The notes under the pieces are model-generated. The model saw only the letters and a program-made list of their open reading frames with translations. It had not been told where the DNA came from and searched no databases. The translations under genes and the position numbers were made by a program. Shown here in pieces: positions 45,199-55,015 of a stretch of DNA of 64,000 nt. Positions within the stretch are counted from its first letter, which is position 1. Every line of letters starts with the position of its first letter. Origin of the DNA: a virus (lineage: Duplodnaviria; Caudoviricetes); the IMG/VR virus record IMGVR_UViG_3300032295_001004, positions 3,068-67,067 of that record. One strand, written 5' to 3'.

Positions 45199-48100
45199 AT
45201 GGCAAATCAACAAACTATTAACATTGGAAGCCAACCAAATGACGGGACAGGCGATAGCATTTATACCGCTTTCCAAAAGGTAAATCAAAACTTTTCAGAT
45301 GTATATAATCTGTTAGGATTCGGTGCTAGCTTCAGTTTCTTAAGACTTAAAGAAGCTCCAACAAGCCTAACACCGAAGGCTGTGCTAAGTGTTAATGACT
45401 TCGGCACTAAAATTGTTAACCGAACTTTAAATGCTGGAACAGGCATTAATATTCTTATTACCGGTGACAGTATTACAATTGCTAATACTGCATCTACATT
45501 AAAATCAGACACTGCACCAACTCTTGCAGGTAACCTAAACGGGCAAAATCTTTATAGTTTAGTTAATATGGATCGTAGTGGTCCGTTAGAAGATTACGAT
45601 GCAGTAAGTCGCCGTTGGGTGTTTGAAAACTTTGTTTCTAGAACTGGTTACGCATTTACTGGTTCTACAACTTTATATTATACATCTAGTACAGTTACTG
45701 GTAACATTCCTTCTATTATAGATGCTTCTAGTTCAACGCACCTAGTTAATAAAAAATATGCTGATACTAAAATTGGACTAGCTGGTACTAGTACAATTGA
45801 CTCGTTTACAGGTTTACCAAACCCTGCGTTTGGTACTATGACAGGTGCTTTGTACTTGTTTAGAGATCCAGTTGAAACTGATCACCCGAGCCAGGCGGCC
45901 ACTAAGAATTATGTAGATAGTTCTAGCTTTATTAGCCCAGTTAACTTTTATGTAAGTTTAACCGGTAGCGATACACAGTTTGATAAGCCTGTTTACAAAA
46001 GAGGCCGTGGTCCAGCATACGCATTTAAAACTGTAAACAGAGCGGCTCGTGCAGCTGAAATGTTTATTCAGAATAGTGAAATTATTTTAGGTCCGTACTT
46101 AAAAACTGTCACATATAATAATACTCTTAACACAGCGTATGTAACTGCTAGTGCGGCATCTACTATTTTAGATGCAACTTTATTTGGCGTACAGTTAACA
46201 ATGGGCGGAGTTGGCAGCAACGGTAGTGATGGTTATGTTGCTGGTAGTATTTTTCCAGGGTGCTATATTCAAGGAAAGAACAGCGGCGCTGTTGCAAAAA
46301 TTGAATCTATTAGACAAAGCGCAGGCGATGAAATTTATGATGTAGTACCAGTTGACTATGCCAGAGGATTTAATGTACCAATTACTCCGGACAGTGTATC
46401 TAGTACTGTTACATTTACATTAAATCCTAGTGATCTCACAGAAACTCCAGACTTCTGGATAGGATATAAATTTACTGTGTCTAACAACGCAGGAACTGTT
46501 CTTAGTTACGGTACCATCACTGATGTAGGTGAAACAATTGATACTTCAAATAATTGCGTTAACTATATTGTAGTTGATTTCTCTAATGGAGTTGGATTAA
46601 CTAGTGGTTTAACAATCGAAGGTGACAACTGGCATGTATTTGTAGCAGATTTTGAACTAGCGGAAGAAATAGAATGGGGTCAATTACAGCCTAAGAATCA
46701 ATGTACTATTATTTTAGAATCCGGCGAACATCGAGATGAATACCCTATTAGGCTTGGACAAAATGTGTCTTTACGAGGTGATGAGTTTAGACGAAGTATT
46801 GTAAAGCCTCAATATAGAGATAACTCTAGAATTTCTTCAATTAGTGGAAGTAAATGGGCAAATACCTATTTTTTCAGAGATACTCAAATTGACCAAATTT
46901 TAACAGTACAGTTAAACACATCGACAGATTATGCATCCGCTGTAGGAATTACCATTAATTCTTTAACGAATGATTCTACAACGAGAGTGGTTACTGTTAC
47001 CTTAGCAACAGGTAGTGCTAGTGCCTCTTGGATTGGTAAAGTCTTTAAGTTATCAGGAATCTACAAAGGTAACGGTATTATTACAGCAATTAATGCTAAT
47101 ACATTTGCAGTTAACCTTGCTCAAAATTCCAATTACTTAAAAATAATTGAAAATTACACACCTGGCGCTACAATTCCGTCCGGAAGCTGGAACATTTATT
47201 CTCCAATTAATTACGGCTATCATTACTTAAGAGATGCTAGTAGACCAGTGAACTTGTTAACCACAGTGTATAACGGTGGCGGTATTAACAATGCTTCTAA
47301 ATTATTAGAGTTGAACAGATCATTTATTCAGTCTGAAATCATTGCATGGATCAATTCCACATACCCAGGTTTTAGTTATAATCAGACCCAGTACCGAGAA
47401 GATGTCGGTTATATTGTAGATGCGTTTATTGACGATATGCGTGATAGTGGAAATAATAATACTATTAACATTGCAGACGAATATCGAACTTTAGCATCGG
47501 CTCAGATTGTTGCTTCTATTAATAGAATTAATACCATCGGTCAACTAATTATTGCTAACAGTACTGTAACTAAATCTCCCGGTAACTCAGCAAGTCAAGT
47601 TATAGATAGTGCATATACCGCAGAAACTAGAGCTTCGGCAGTCTTAGCAGACCTAGTACAAGCATGTTCTAGAATTGTCAACAACGATGCTGCGTTTAAT
47701 CCTCCTAAGTATAACGACCAAATGGATGTGTTCTTAATGAATGACGCTACACTCATTCGATATGTTAGCGCACAAGGACACGGCGGCTTCATGAAAGTAC
47801 TTGACCCAAATGGTCAGATTCTTGCCAAGTCACCATACACCCAAACTGCTTCTAGTTTCTCTAAGAGCTATAACAGACATGTATTCTCAGGTGGTATGTT
47901 TATTGATGGCTTTGCTGGTAACCTACAAGTTAGCCCGGCAAGTATTACAAACAATAGCAGTGGAAATCCTGTAAAGATTAATATTACTTCACCCGGCGGA
48001 TTAGGTAGGCCAGCTGTTTCTACTTCTACTGTTGTTCGATACGAAATTCCTCAAACTCCATGTTTCTTTGTTCACAACGGAGTTAGCTACGAAGTAAACT

Positions 48101-51100
48101 TTATTAGTGAATGGGATCCTTTAAACGGAACTGGTGGTATAAACTTAAACCCTGCAAGAGCTGGAGGTATTGCAACTGTTACTAGTGTTAATGGCACTGG
48201 ATTTAGAACTGGAGCAACTAGGACGGTTAGAGCAAGATTTGGTTCTCCTACTAAATCAGGTGGTCTAGCATCTACTGGTACAGCAACTATTAATAGTTCC
48301 GGAGTTGTAACTGCAATTGCTACATCGTTTCCTGGAAGTGGATATGTAAATGGTACATTTATTAAAGGAACTACAGCAGGTACACCCGACATTGTTATCG
48401 GTGGTGCAAGATTAAGTTGGACCATTAGTAATGCAGGTATAATTACAGGCGGAACTATTATTGACGGCGGCGAAGGATATGCCGTCAATACACCAATTAA
48501 CTTTCCTATACAAGGAGGAGGTGTTGCTGCAACAGCTCGAGTAGCCAGTGTAGATGCTAATGGTGCTATTACAGGTATTACTATTGACACCGGCGGTACT
48601 AATTATTCATCTGATCCTTCCGTAACATTTGGTGGGTCACTTGCTTATACTATCACAGTTAAGCCAGGCTTTATTACAACAACTGAGCAACCGTTACCTA
48701 GTAGTTTAACGCTAATTACTGCAGGTAATCGTAGTATGTTGGCGAACGATTTTACACAAATGAATGATTTAGGTTATGGTATTTTCTGTACTAACGGTGC
48801 GTTGGTAGAAAATGTATCCATGTTTACCTACTACTGCTACTCTGCATATTATGCATTAAATGGCGCTCAATGTCGAAGTGTTGCAGGATCGTGTGTATCT
48901 GGTGAAAATGCTCTGCGATCCGAAGGTAGTGACCCTACTGAAGTTCCAGTTGCTGCAAGAAGCAAATATGCAACATCTCAAATTGCCACAGTTAAGTCAA
49001 CAGGCGCTTACACAAATAAGATTGACGATTCTACAATATATGTAGAAAGTGTAAGCTATGTACCTATAGCACAGAGTCAACTTGAGATTAATCATAACGG
49101 TGTATGGAGATTATATAATGTTAAGAGTGCAACCCAAGACTCTAATACTAGCGGTGTTTATAATTTAAGTATTGACGACGGTACCGGTAAGGGATTATAT
49201 GCCGCAGTAGCAGACGGCACTGAAGTAATTATCAGGCAGTATTTTAATCAAGTGTTAATGGATGTTAACGCATCTACTCTGTCAAGACCTAGTACTGTAC
49301 TAACTTACAATGAAGATCCTACTTATGTATATCGAATCTTAAGTTTTACAAACTTAGGTGGAGACAGTGCATTAGCAGAAGGTGATACACCTTATAACTA
49401 CATCTTGTTTAGTCCTTACTTCTCAGGTAATTTCTACAGACAAGGATTAGGTAAACTAACAGTTACCAGTGGTGGCTCAGGGTATACACCTAACTCAACA
49501 GTTACAGCAGTTATTCCTGCTCCAACTGCGGCCACAAGAACTGCTACAGTTAGCGGTAACCAAACTGACACAGACTTAGTAACTATTACAGGTGCCAGTG
49601 GTGTGATTCATATTGGTACCAAAGTTACTATCGGTGGAGTTGATCCAGGCGGTATTCCTACTTATGTGTTGTGGTCTAATAGTGCTGGTACTCAAATCCG
49701 CGTTAGTAATGCTACTAACTGGACAACCGGCAATACATTAACATTCACTAATATACAAGCAACAGGCTACGGTGTTACAAATAGTAGTGGTGTTATTACC
49801 AGTGTTGTACTAACTGAGTCTGGTGTAGGTTATGATTCGACTAGTGTTCAAAACATTACTTTTGCTAGTGGGTCTGCAACTGCAACGGCCTTTGTAACTG
49901 GTATTGCTGGCACTAAAACTATTAAAGTTGCAGACATCGGTGTATCTAGTCAGGCTAGAATTGCGTCAGGTATAACTTACATCTTCGGTTACGAAGGTGA
50001 TATTTACAAAGTTACTGCTTATAGAAATGCAACTGCAACCGGAAATGCATGGGGCGAAGTTGACTTTGAGAGACTAAGTGATGCTGCGGCATTGCAAGCA
50101 GAAATAGGTAACACAACTCTAAAAGCAGGTACACAAGCTAACCAAGTTGGCGGAGTTACTTCTAAGATTTCTTCGATGCGTGTAACAGGCCACGACTTAT
50201 CTAACATTGGTACTGGCGGCTATGCTGATTCTAAATATCCAAACGACTTATATGGACCTCCGAACAATGCTCCAGATAGTTCTAAAGAAGTTCAAGAAAT
50301 CGGAAAAGGTCGTGTGTACTATGTAACTAGTGACCAAGACGGTAACTTTAAAGTTGGTAAGTTCTTTAGCGTTGACCAAGGTCGTGGTACAGTAAGTATT
50401 AGCGCACCTATTAGCTTAACCAATGTTGACGGTATTAGCTTTAAACGAGGTCAAACTCTAGTTCAAGTATTCTCCGTTGACGGGACTATGGGTAATGAAT
50501 CTAACAATAGTGTTCCTACAGAAAAAGCTATTGTAAGTTATGTTGACAGTCGTTTAGGCCTAAACAAAAATAATAGTAGCAACGGTGTTACACCAATTGG
50601 TAGTGGCTACTTAGATTTAGGAGGTGTTCGTTCTATGGGTGCAGACCTTAAGATGAATACCTATAAAGTAACAGGTGTTGGTTCTCCAACAGCAACTACT
50701 GATGCAGCCACTAAAGGTTATGCAGATACTAAATTAGCCAAAGACGGAGTTAACAGTTCTCTAGGAGTAGGAGCTGGTACACTAAGCGGACCAGTCTATA
50801 CTAACGAACTTCGTCCTAACACCGATTTAACATTCTGGTTAGGTACTGGTACGCACCGATACAGTGATGTATACGCTGCCAGATTCCAGGGAACTGCAAC
50901 CAGCGCACTAAAATGGGATACTGCTCGAACAGTTACATTTAGTGGCGGTGATGTTACTGGTTCGTTTAGTATTGATGGTAGTTCTAGTGTAACCAATGTT
51001 GCATTAACTATCGGTGCTGATAGTGTAGCACTAGGTACAGATACAACAGGTAACTATGTCAAAGACGGTTCAATTAGTGGCTTTGGAGTTAGTGGCAGCT

Positions 51101-51903
51101 CAACCAGCGAAGGCGGGTCTTATAATATTACTGTTAACTCTACTTCCTCAAACACTGCCAACTACATTGTTGCTAGGGATGCAAGTGGAAACTTTAATGC
51201 CGGTATTATTACTGCTACAACATTTGTGGGTAATTTAACTGGTACTGCACGAGATGCCAATAAAGTTAATAGTTCATTAACATTAGGTACGCATTTAAGT
51301 TGGGCTACAGGGTCTGGCTTCGATGGTAGTGCTGCACGACAGATTAACACTAATGCTACTGATGGAAACACTGTAAGTACAATTGTTGCTAGAGATTCGA
51401 GTGGAGACTTTGCCGCTAGAACTATTACTTTAGAAAGTATTACTAAGGCAGGATCTGATGGAGTAGGAAATATTGGTTCCGGTGGTAATAGATTTAATGT
51501 AATCTACGGTACCGCTACTAGTGCCTACTATGCTGACTTGGCAGAAAAATATTTGCCAGATGCAGATTATGAACCTGGTACAGTTGTTGTATTTGGGGGA
51601 GATAAAGAAGTAACTATTGCACGACAGTTTATGGACAGACGAATTGCAGGTGTTGTATCTACTAACCCTGCATATCGAATGAACGATGAGCAAGTCGGCG
51701 GTATACATATTGCGTTAACTGGTAGAGTACCGTGTAAGGTAGTCGGTAAAATTAGAAAGGGTGATATGCTAGTATCTAGTGGCGCACCTGGTGTTGCTAC
51801 TGCTGACAACGATCCTAAGTTAGGTTCTGTTATTGGTAAGGCGTTAGAAGATTACGATAGTCAATCAATTGGCGTTATCGAAGTAGTAGTAGGAAGACTA
51901 TAA
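45199..51903 (+). CDS. Giant virion fibre/baseplate-associated protein (~2234 aa)
   Basis: gp9/gp10-like N-terminus (INIGSQPNDGTGD...AFQKVNQNF); beta-helix entry motif FYVSLTGSD...AFKTV; GGSGY/GGEGY repeats; C-terminal ADLAEKY chaperone-like domain. Confidence 0.8.
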   Translation: MANQQTINIGSQPNDGTGDSIYTAFQKVNQNFSDVYNLLGFGASFSFLRLKEAPTSLTPKAVLSVNDFGTKIVNRTLNAGTGINILITGDSITIANTASTLKSDTAPTLAGNLNGQNLYSLVNMDRSGPLEDYDAVSRRWVFENFVSRTGYAFTGSTTLYYTSSTVTGNIPSIIDASSSTHLVNKKYADTKIGLAGTSTIDSFTGLPNPAFGTMTGALYLFRDPVETDHPSQAATKNYVDSSSFISPVNFYVSLTGSDTQFDKPVYKRGRGPAYAFKTVNRAARAAEMFIQNSEIILGPYLKTVTYNNTLNTAYVTASAASTILDATLFGVQLTMGGVGSNGSDGYVAGSIFPGCYIQGKNSGAVAKIESIRQSAGDEIYDVVPVDYARGFNVPITPDSVSSTVTFTLNPSDLTETPDFWIGYKFTVSNNAGTVLSYGTITDVGETIDTSNNCVNYIVVDFSNGVGLTSGLTIEGDNWHVFVADFELAEEIEWGQLQPKNQCTIILESGEHRDEYPIRLGQNVSLRGDEFRRSIVKPQYRDNSRISSISGSKWANTYFFRDTQIDQILTVQLNTSTDYASAVGITINSLTNDSTTRVVTVTLATGSASASWIGKVFKLSGIYKGNGIITAINANTFAVNLAQNSNYLKIIENYTPGATIPSGSWNIYSPINYGYHYLRDASRPVNLLTTVYNGGGINNASKLLELNRSFIQSEIIAWINSTYPGFSYNQTQYREDVGYIVDAFIDDMRDSGNNNTINIADEYRTLASAQIVASINRINTIGQLIIANSTVTKSPGNSASQVIDSAYTAETRASAVLADLVQACSRIVNNDAAFNPPKYNDQMDVFLMNDATLIRYVSAQGHGGFMKVLDPNGQILAKSPYTQTASSFSKSYNRHVFSGGMFIDGFAGNLQVSPASITNNSSGNPVKINITSPGGLGRPAVSTSTVVRYEIPQTPCFFVHNGVSYEVNFISEWDPLNGTGGINLNPARAGGIATVTSVNGTGFRTGATRTVRARFGSPTKSGGLASTGTATINSSGVVTAIATSFPGSGYVNGTFIKGTTAGTPDIVIGGARLSWTISNAGIITGGTIIDGGEGYAVNTPINFPIQGGGVAATARVASVDANGAITGITIDTGGTNYSSDPSVTFGGSLAYTITVKPGFITTTEQPLPSSLTLITAGNRSMLANDFTQMNDLGYGIFCTNGALVENVSMFTYYCYSAYYALNGAQCRSVAGSCVSGENALRSEGSDPTEVPVAARSKYATSQIATVKSTGAYTNKIDDSTIYVESVSYVPIAQSQLEINHNGVWRLYNVKSATQDSNTSGVYNLSIDDGTGKGLYAAVADGTEVIIRQYFNQVLMDVNASTLSRPSTVLTYNEDPTYVYRILSFTNLGGDSALAEGDTPYNYILFSPYFSGNFYRQGLGKLTVTSGGSGYTPNSTVTAVIPAPTAATRTATVSGNQTDTDLVTITGASGVIHIGTKVTIGGVDPGGIPTYVLWSNSAGTQIRVSNATNWTTGNTLTFTNIQATGYGVTNSSGVITSVVLTESGVGYDSTSVQNITFASGSATATAFVTGIAGTKTIKVADIGVSSQARIASGITYIFGYEGDIYKVTAYRNATATGNAWGEVDFERLSDAAALQAEIGNTTLKAGTQANQVGGVTSKISSMRVTGHDLSNIGTGGYADSKYPNDLYGPPNNAPDSSKEVQEIGKGRVYYVTSDQDGNFKVGKFFSVDQGRGTVSISAPISLTNVDGISFKRGQTLVQVFSVDGTMGNESNNSVPTEKAIVSYVDSRLGLNKNNSSNGVTPIGSGYLDLGGVRSMGADLKMNTYKVTGVGSPTATTDAATKGYADTKLAKDGVNSSLGVGAGTLSGPVYTNELRPNTDLTFWLGTGTHRYSDVYAARFQGTATSALKWDTARTVTFSGGDVTGSFSIDGSSSVTNVALTIGADSVALGTDTTGNYVKDGSISGFGVSGSSTSEGGSYNITVNSTSSNTANYIVARDASGNFNAGIITATTFVGNLTGTARDANKVNSSLTLGTHLSWATGSGFDGSAARQINTNATDGNTVSTIVARDSSGDFAARTITLESITKAGSDGVGNIGSGGNRFNVIYGTATSAYYADLAEKYLPDADYEPGTVVVFGGDKEVTIARQFMDRRIAGVVSTNPAYRMNDEQVGGIHIALTGRVPCKVVGKIRKGDMLVSSGAPGVATADNDPKLGSVIGKALEDYDSQSIGVIEVVVGRL

Positions 51904-52449
51904 ATGACCATACAATATATTAATACAGGTTCATCGTCTAACAAAGGTGACGGAGACACACTCCGCACCGCGTTTAGAAAGATCAATGATAACTTTAGAG
52001 TTTTAGAAACAACTGGCGGAGGTGGCAGCGGATCAACAGCTACTTCTAATGTTTCTATTTTAGATAATACACTTGCTCCTTCTATAGACATTAAATCTTT
52101 TAGTGGTACATTTACATTACCGACTAATAGTTCTACTGTTACATTATTTTCATTCGATAAGTCAGTATACCAAGGTGCGTCAATTGATATATTTGCGGTT
52201 GATAGTACAAACAGCACACATAACATGGCCAGCGGTTATACTGTAGTATGGAATGGCCCGAGTGCTATAGTGACTGGACTTGGAGTTGTATCTATCGCAG
52301 CCAACGGAGCAAGCGGTAATGCAGTTTGGGATTTAAAAGATGCAAATGTAGTAGGGGACGCAATCAATGTAAGAGCGTTTAACGCATCAGGTGTCGGTAC
52401 AAGTAATCAAATTGCATGGCGAGCAAAAGTAAGTTTATTTAGGGTCTAA
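51904..52449 (+). CDS. Structural protein with gp9/gp10-like N-terminus
   Basis: INTGSSSNKGDGDTLRTAFRKINDNF. Confidence 0.65.
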   Translation: MTIQYINTGSSSNKGDGDTLRTAFRKINDNFRVLETTGGGGSGSTATSNVSILDNTLAPSIDIKSFSGTFTLPTNSSTVTLFSFDKSVYQGASIDIFAVDSTNSTHNMASGYTVVWNGPSAIVTGLGVVSIAANGASGNAVWDLKDANVVGDAINVRAFNASGVGTSNQIAWRAKVSLFRV

Positions 52450-52450
52450 T

Positions 52451-55012
52451 ATGACAGAACCAGTATGGACCACCTTAGAAACATTTTTAGGAACCTTTAC
52501 GCAACGACAATCGGTATTAATACCATTTACTGCTACAGGTACTTCTACTAATTTTTCTATAATTGCCGGATCTCTTCCAGAAGGATTAATGCTTCAGGTT
52601 GAATCTACTGCAACGACTGCAACAACCACCGGATTTATCTTTGGTAGTTCAAATGCTATACCTACTGATTTAACAAGCAAGTTTGTTATTAGAGCGTCTA
52701 ACTCAACTGGAATAACAGATAAAACATTTACTATTGATATTACCGGTGCCACTGAACCTGTATGGATTACTCCTAGCGGTTATCTGCCTGTTGGGTCAAG
52801 TAATGAATATTTTGCCATTAATCGACAAATAGTAGATTACCAATTGGCGGCGCAACCTAATACATTATTCGACAATATGGAAATGCGCTATTATATAGAA
52901 GATGGTGAGGGAGTATTACCATCCGGATTACGGCTAACAGAAGATGGCCGTATTACAGGAACTATTAAAGAAGTAACCGTACAAAATTTCGATAGTTTAG
53001 GTGGTGTAGGATACGATGGATTAAAGTATGATAGTTACGGATATGACACAGTAGAAATTATAGACTTACAACCTGTTAAACCAAAGTTTATTCCTAAACA
53101 ATATCAATTCTATGTTACGGCTAGCGACGGATATAATACATCTAAGAGATTGTTTAAAATGAAAATTGTTGATGCTAATAGTTTAAGAAGTGATACTTCT
53201 TGGATATATGCAGATGCAGACTTTTTCCTAAGTAGTGACAGCTACTTATTTTCCCCTAATTGGTTAAATCCTGCTAACTTAGGTATTAGACGAGCAGCTA
53301 ATTATCAAATTATTCCTATCAAATTATACGACCCTGTTCCAGGAGCAGGTCCTTTATCATTCGAATGGAATAATATAACTGTTAACCCAGAAATAAAAGC
53401 TCGAGCTAATAGTTCAAGTGATCCTAACACATATCGACAAACTACTAACTTAGCAGGTGATACAGTTTTATATCTAAAAAATTTAACGGCATTACCAGTT
53501 GTAGGGCAAAAATTTAGATTAGATAGTTATGTAGAAGGGGCCGGAACCACTACTTATACCATTACAAGTGTGTCGGGCGATTTAAATAATTGCAGTGTTC
53601 AATTTAAAAGGAGTAGTGCGTTAGAAATTGATCTTTTAGATGATATACCTAACGATACTATTTTGTTCTTGGGCAGTTCTAGCGAGCACCCAATAGGGTT
53701 TCAGCTAGACACCAACTCAGGTAATTTGTATGGGCAAATTCCGTACATTCCTGCATACAGTATAGATTATAAATTTACAATTAGAATGATTCGAACTTCT
53801 AGTACTGGTGAAGTTCGAAAATATGATAGAGTATTTTCATTAAGATTACAAGGCAGTGTAGATAGCGACTTAAGATGGATTACTACTTCAACTGTTGGTG
53901 AAATTAAAACAGGGTATCAAAGTGAACTTAGTGTTGTAGCTGCTCACTATAATCATCCTGAAATAGGTGTCACTTATAGAATAACTGCTGGAGAACTTCC
54001 TACAGGGTTAGAATTTAAATCAGATGGTACTATCATTGGAAAAATTCCGTTTAATAAAACTACTACAGTCGACGGTGTTACAGATGATTTAGATTTTACA
54101 ATTGACGGTGGTAATACTGATATTGATAGAACCTATACATTTACTGTTGAAGCTACAGATATATATAGATTAGCTGCAATTGATAAAGAATTTACAATTA
54201 AGCTAGGAGATAATAGTCTTACTCCATATAGCTCTATATACATGAGACCATTTATGTATAGAGACAAAAGAAAGTCTTACAGAAACTTTATCAATGATTC
54301 CAATGTGTTTGACTACAAGGTATTGTATAGGGCCAACGATCCTGCCTTTGGTCTTCAGAGCGAAATTAAATTAGTATTAGAACACGGCATTGAAAGACTT
54401 AACTTAGCTGAATACATTATTGGATTACAGAATTATTTCTATAATAAAAGGTTTTTCTTCGGCGAGGTTAAAACTCTTAAAGCAGAAGATGAAACAGGCA
54501 AATATGTTTACGATCTAGTATATGTAGATGTTATCGATTATAATTCAGTTGCTAATAGAAGTCCAGATACTGTATCATTCTTTATTAACGATTCAATTGC
54601 ATCTTATTCTATTGCTAGTATAGAGAACTGGCAAAAGAGTTTAGAAGCAATTCCAATCAAAGGTGAAACCATTAAAGTTGACGAATTCTTAAGACCTAGA
54701 TTTATGCGTACTATACAGCAAGATACTGGTGCTCCTTTAGGATTTATCAAAGCTATGCCAATATGTTATGTATTGCCGGGAGAAGGTGCTACTGTTGTTA
54801 AAAAGATCAAATTAAGCGGATTTGACTTTAGAGTGCTAGATTTTGAAGTAGATCGATTAGTAATTGATAATACCCTAGATTATAGTGGCGATAAATACCT
54901 CAAGTTCCCAGTTACGAATATTGATAGTCAGCGTCCACTCGATGTTATCGCAGGACCAGATGGTATTATTCTAGAAAGCGAAGACGGACAAGACCTATTT
55001 ACAGATATTTAA
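52451..55012 (+). CDS. Structural protein with putative Ig-like domains (baseplate-associated)
   Basis: Repeated GSLPEGL/GVLPSGLRLTEDGRITG/GELPTGLEFKSDGTIIG...YTFTVEATD units. Confidence 0.7.
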   Translation: MTEPVWTTLETFLGTFTQRQSVLIPFTATGTSTNFSIIAGSLPEGLMLQVESTATTATTTGFIFGSSNAIPTDLTSKFVIRASNSTGITDKTFTIDITGATEPVWITPSGYLPVGSSNEYFAINRQIVDYQLAAQPNTLFDNMEMRYYIEDGEGVLPSGLRLTEDGRITGTIKEVTVQNFDSLGGVGYDGLKYDSYGYDTVEIIDLQPVKPKFIPKQYQFYVTASDGYNTSKRLFKMKIVDANSLRSDTSWIYADADFFLSSDSYLFSPNWLNPANLGIRRAANYQIIPIKLYDPVPGAGPLSFEWNNITVNPEIKARANSSSDPNTYRQTTNLAGDTVLYLKNLTALPVVGQKFRLDSYVEGAGTTTYTITSVSGDLNNCSVQFKRSSALEIDLLDDIPNDTILFLGSSSEHPIGFQLDTNSGNLYGQIPYIPAYSIDYKFTIRMIRTSSTGEVRKYDRVFSLRLQGSVDSDLRWITTSTVGEIKTGYQSELSVVAAHYNHPEIGVTYRITAGELPTGLEFKSDGTIIGKIPFNKTTTVDGVTDDLDFTIDGGNTDIDRTYTFTVEATDIYRLAAIDKEFTIKLGDNSLTPYSSIYMRPFMYRDKRKSYRNFINDSNVFDYKVLYRANDPAFGLQSEIKLVLEHGIERLNLAEYIIGLQNYFYNKRFFFGEVKTLKAEDETGKYVYDLVYVDVIDYNSVANRSPDTVSFFINDSIASYSIASIENWQKSLEAIPIKGETIKVDEFLRPRFMRTIQQDTGAPLGFIKAMPICYVLPGEGATVVKKIKLSGFDFRVLDFEVDRLVIDNTLDYSGDKYLKFPVTNIDSQRPLDVIAGPDGIILESEDGQDLFTDI

Positions 55013-55015
55013 AAT

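Noticed and set aside
47595-52226. Minus-strand ORFs inside the giant structural gene
   Set aside because: Shadow ORFs fully nested opposite a long, motif-bearing CDS.
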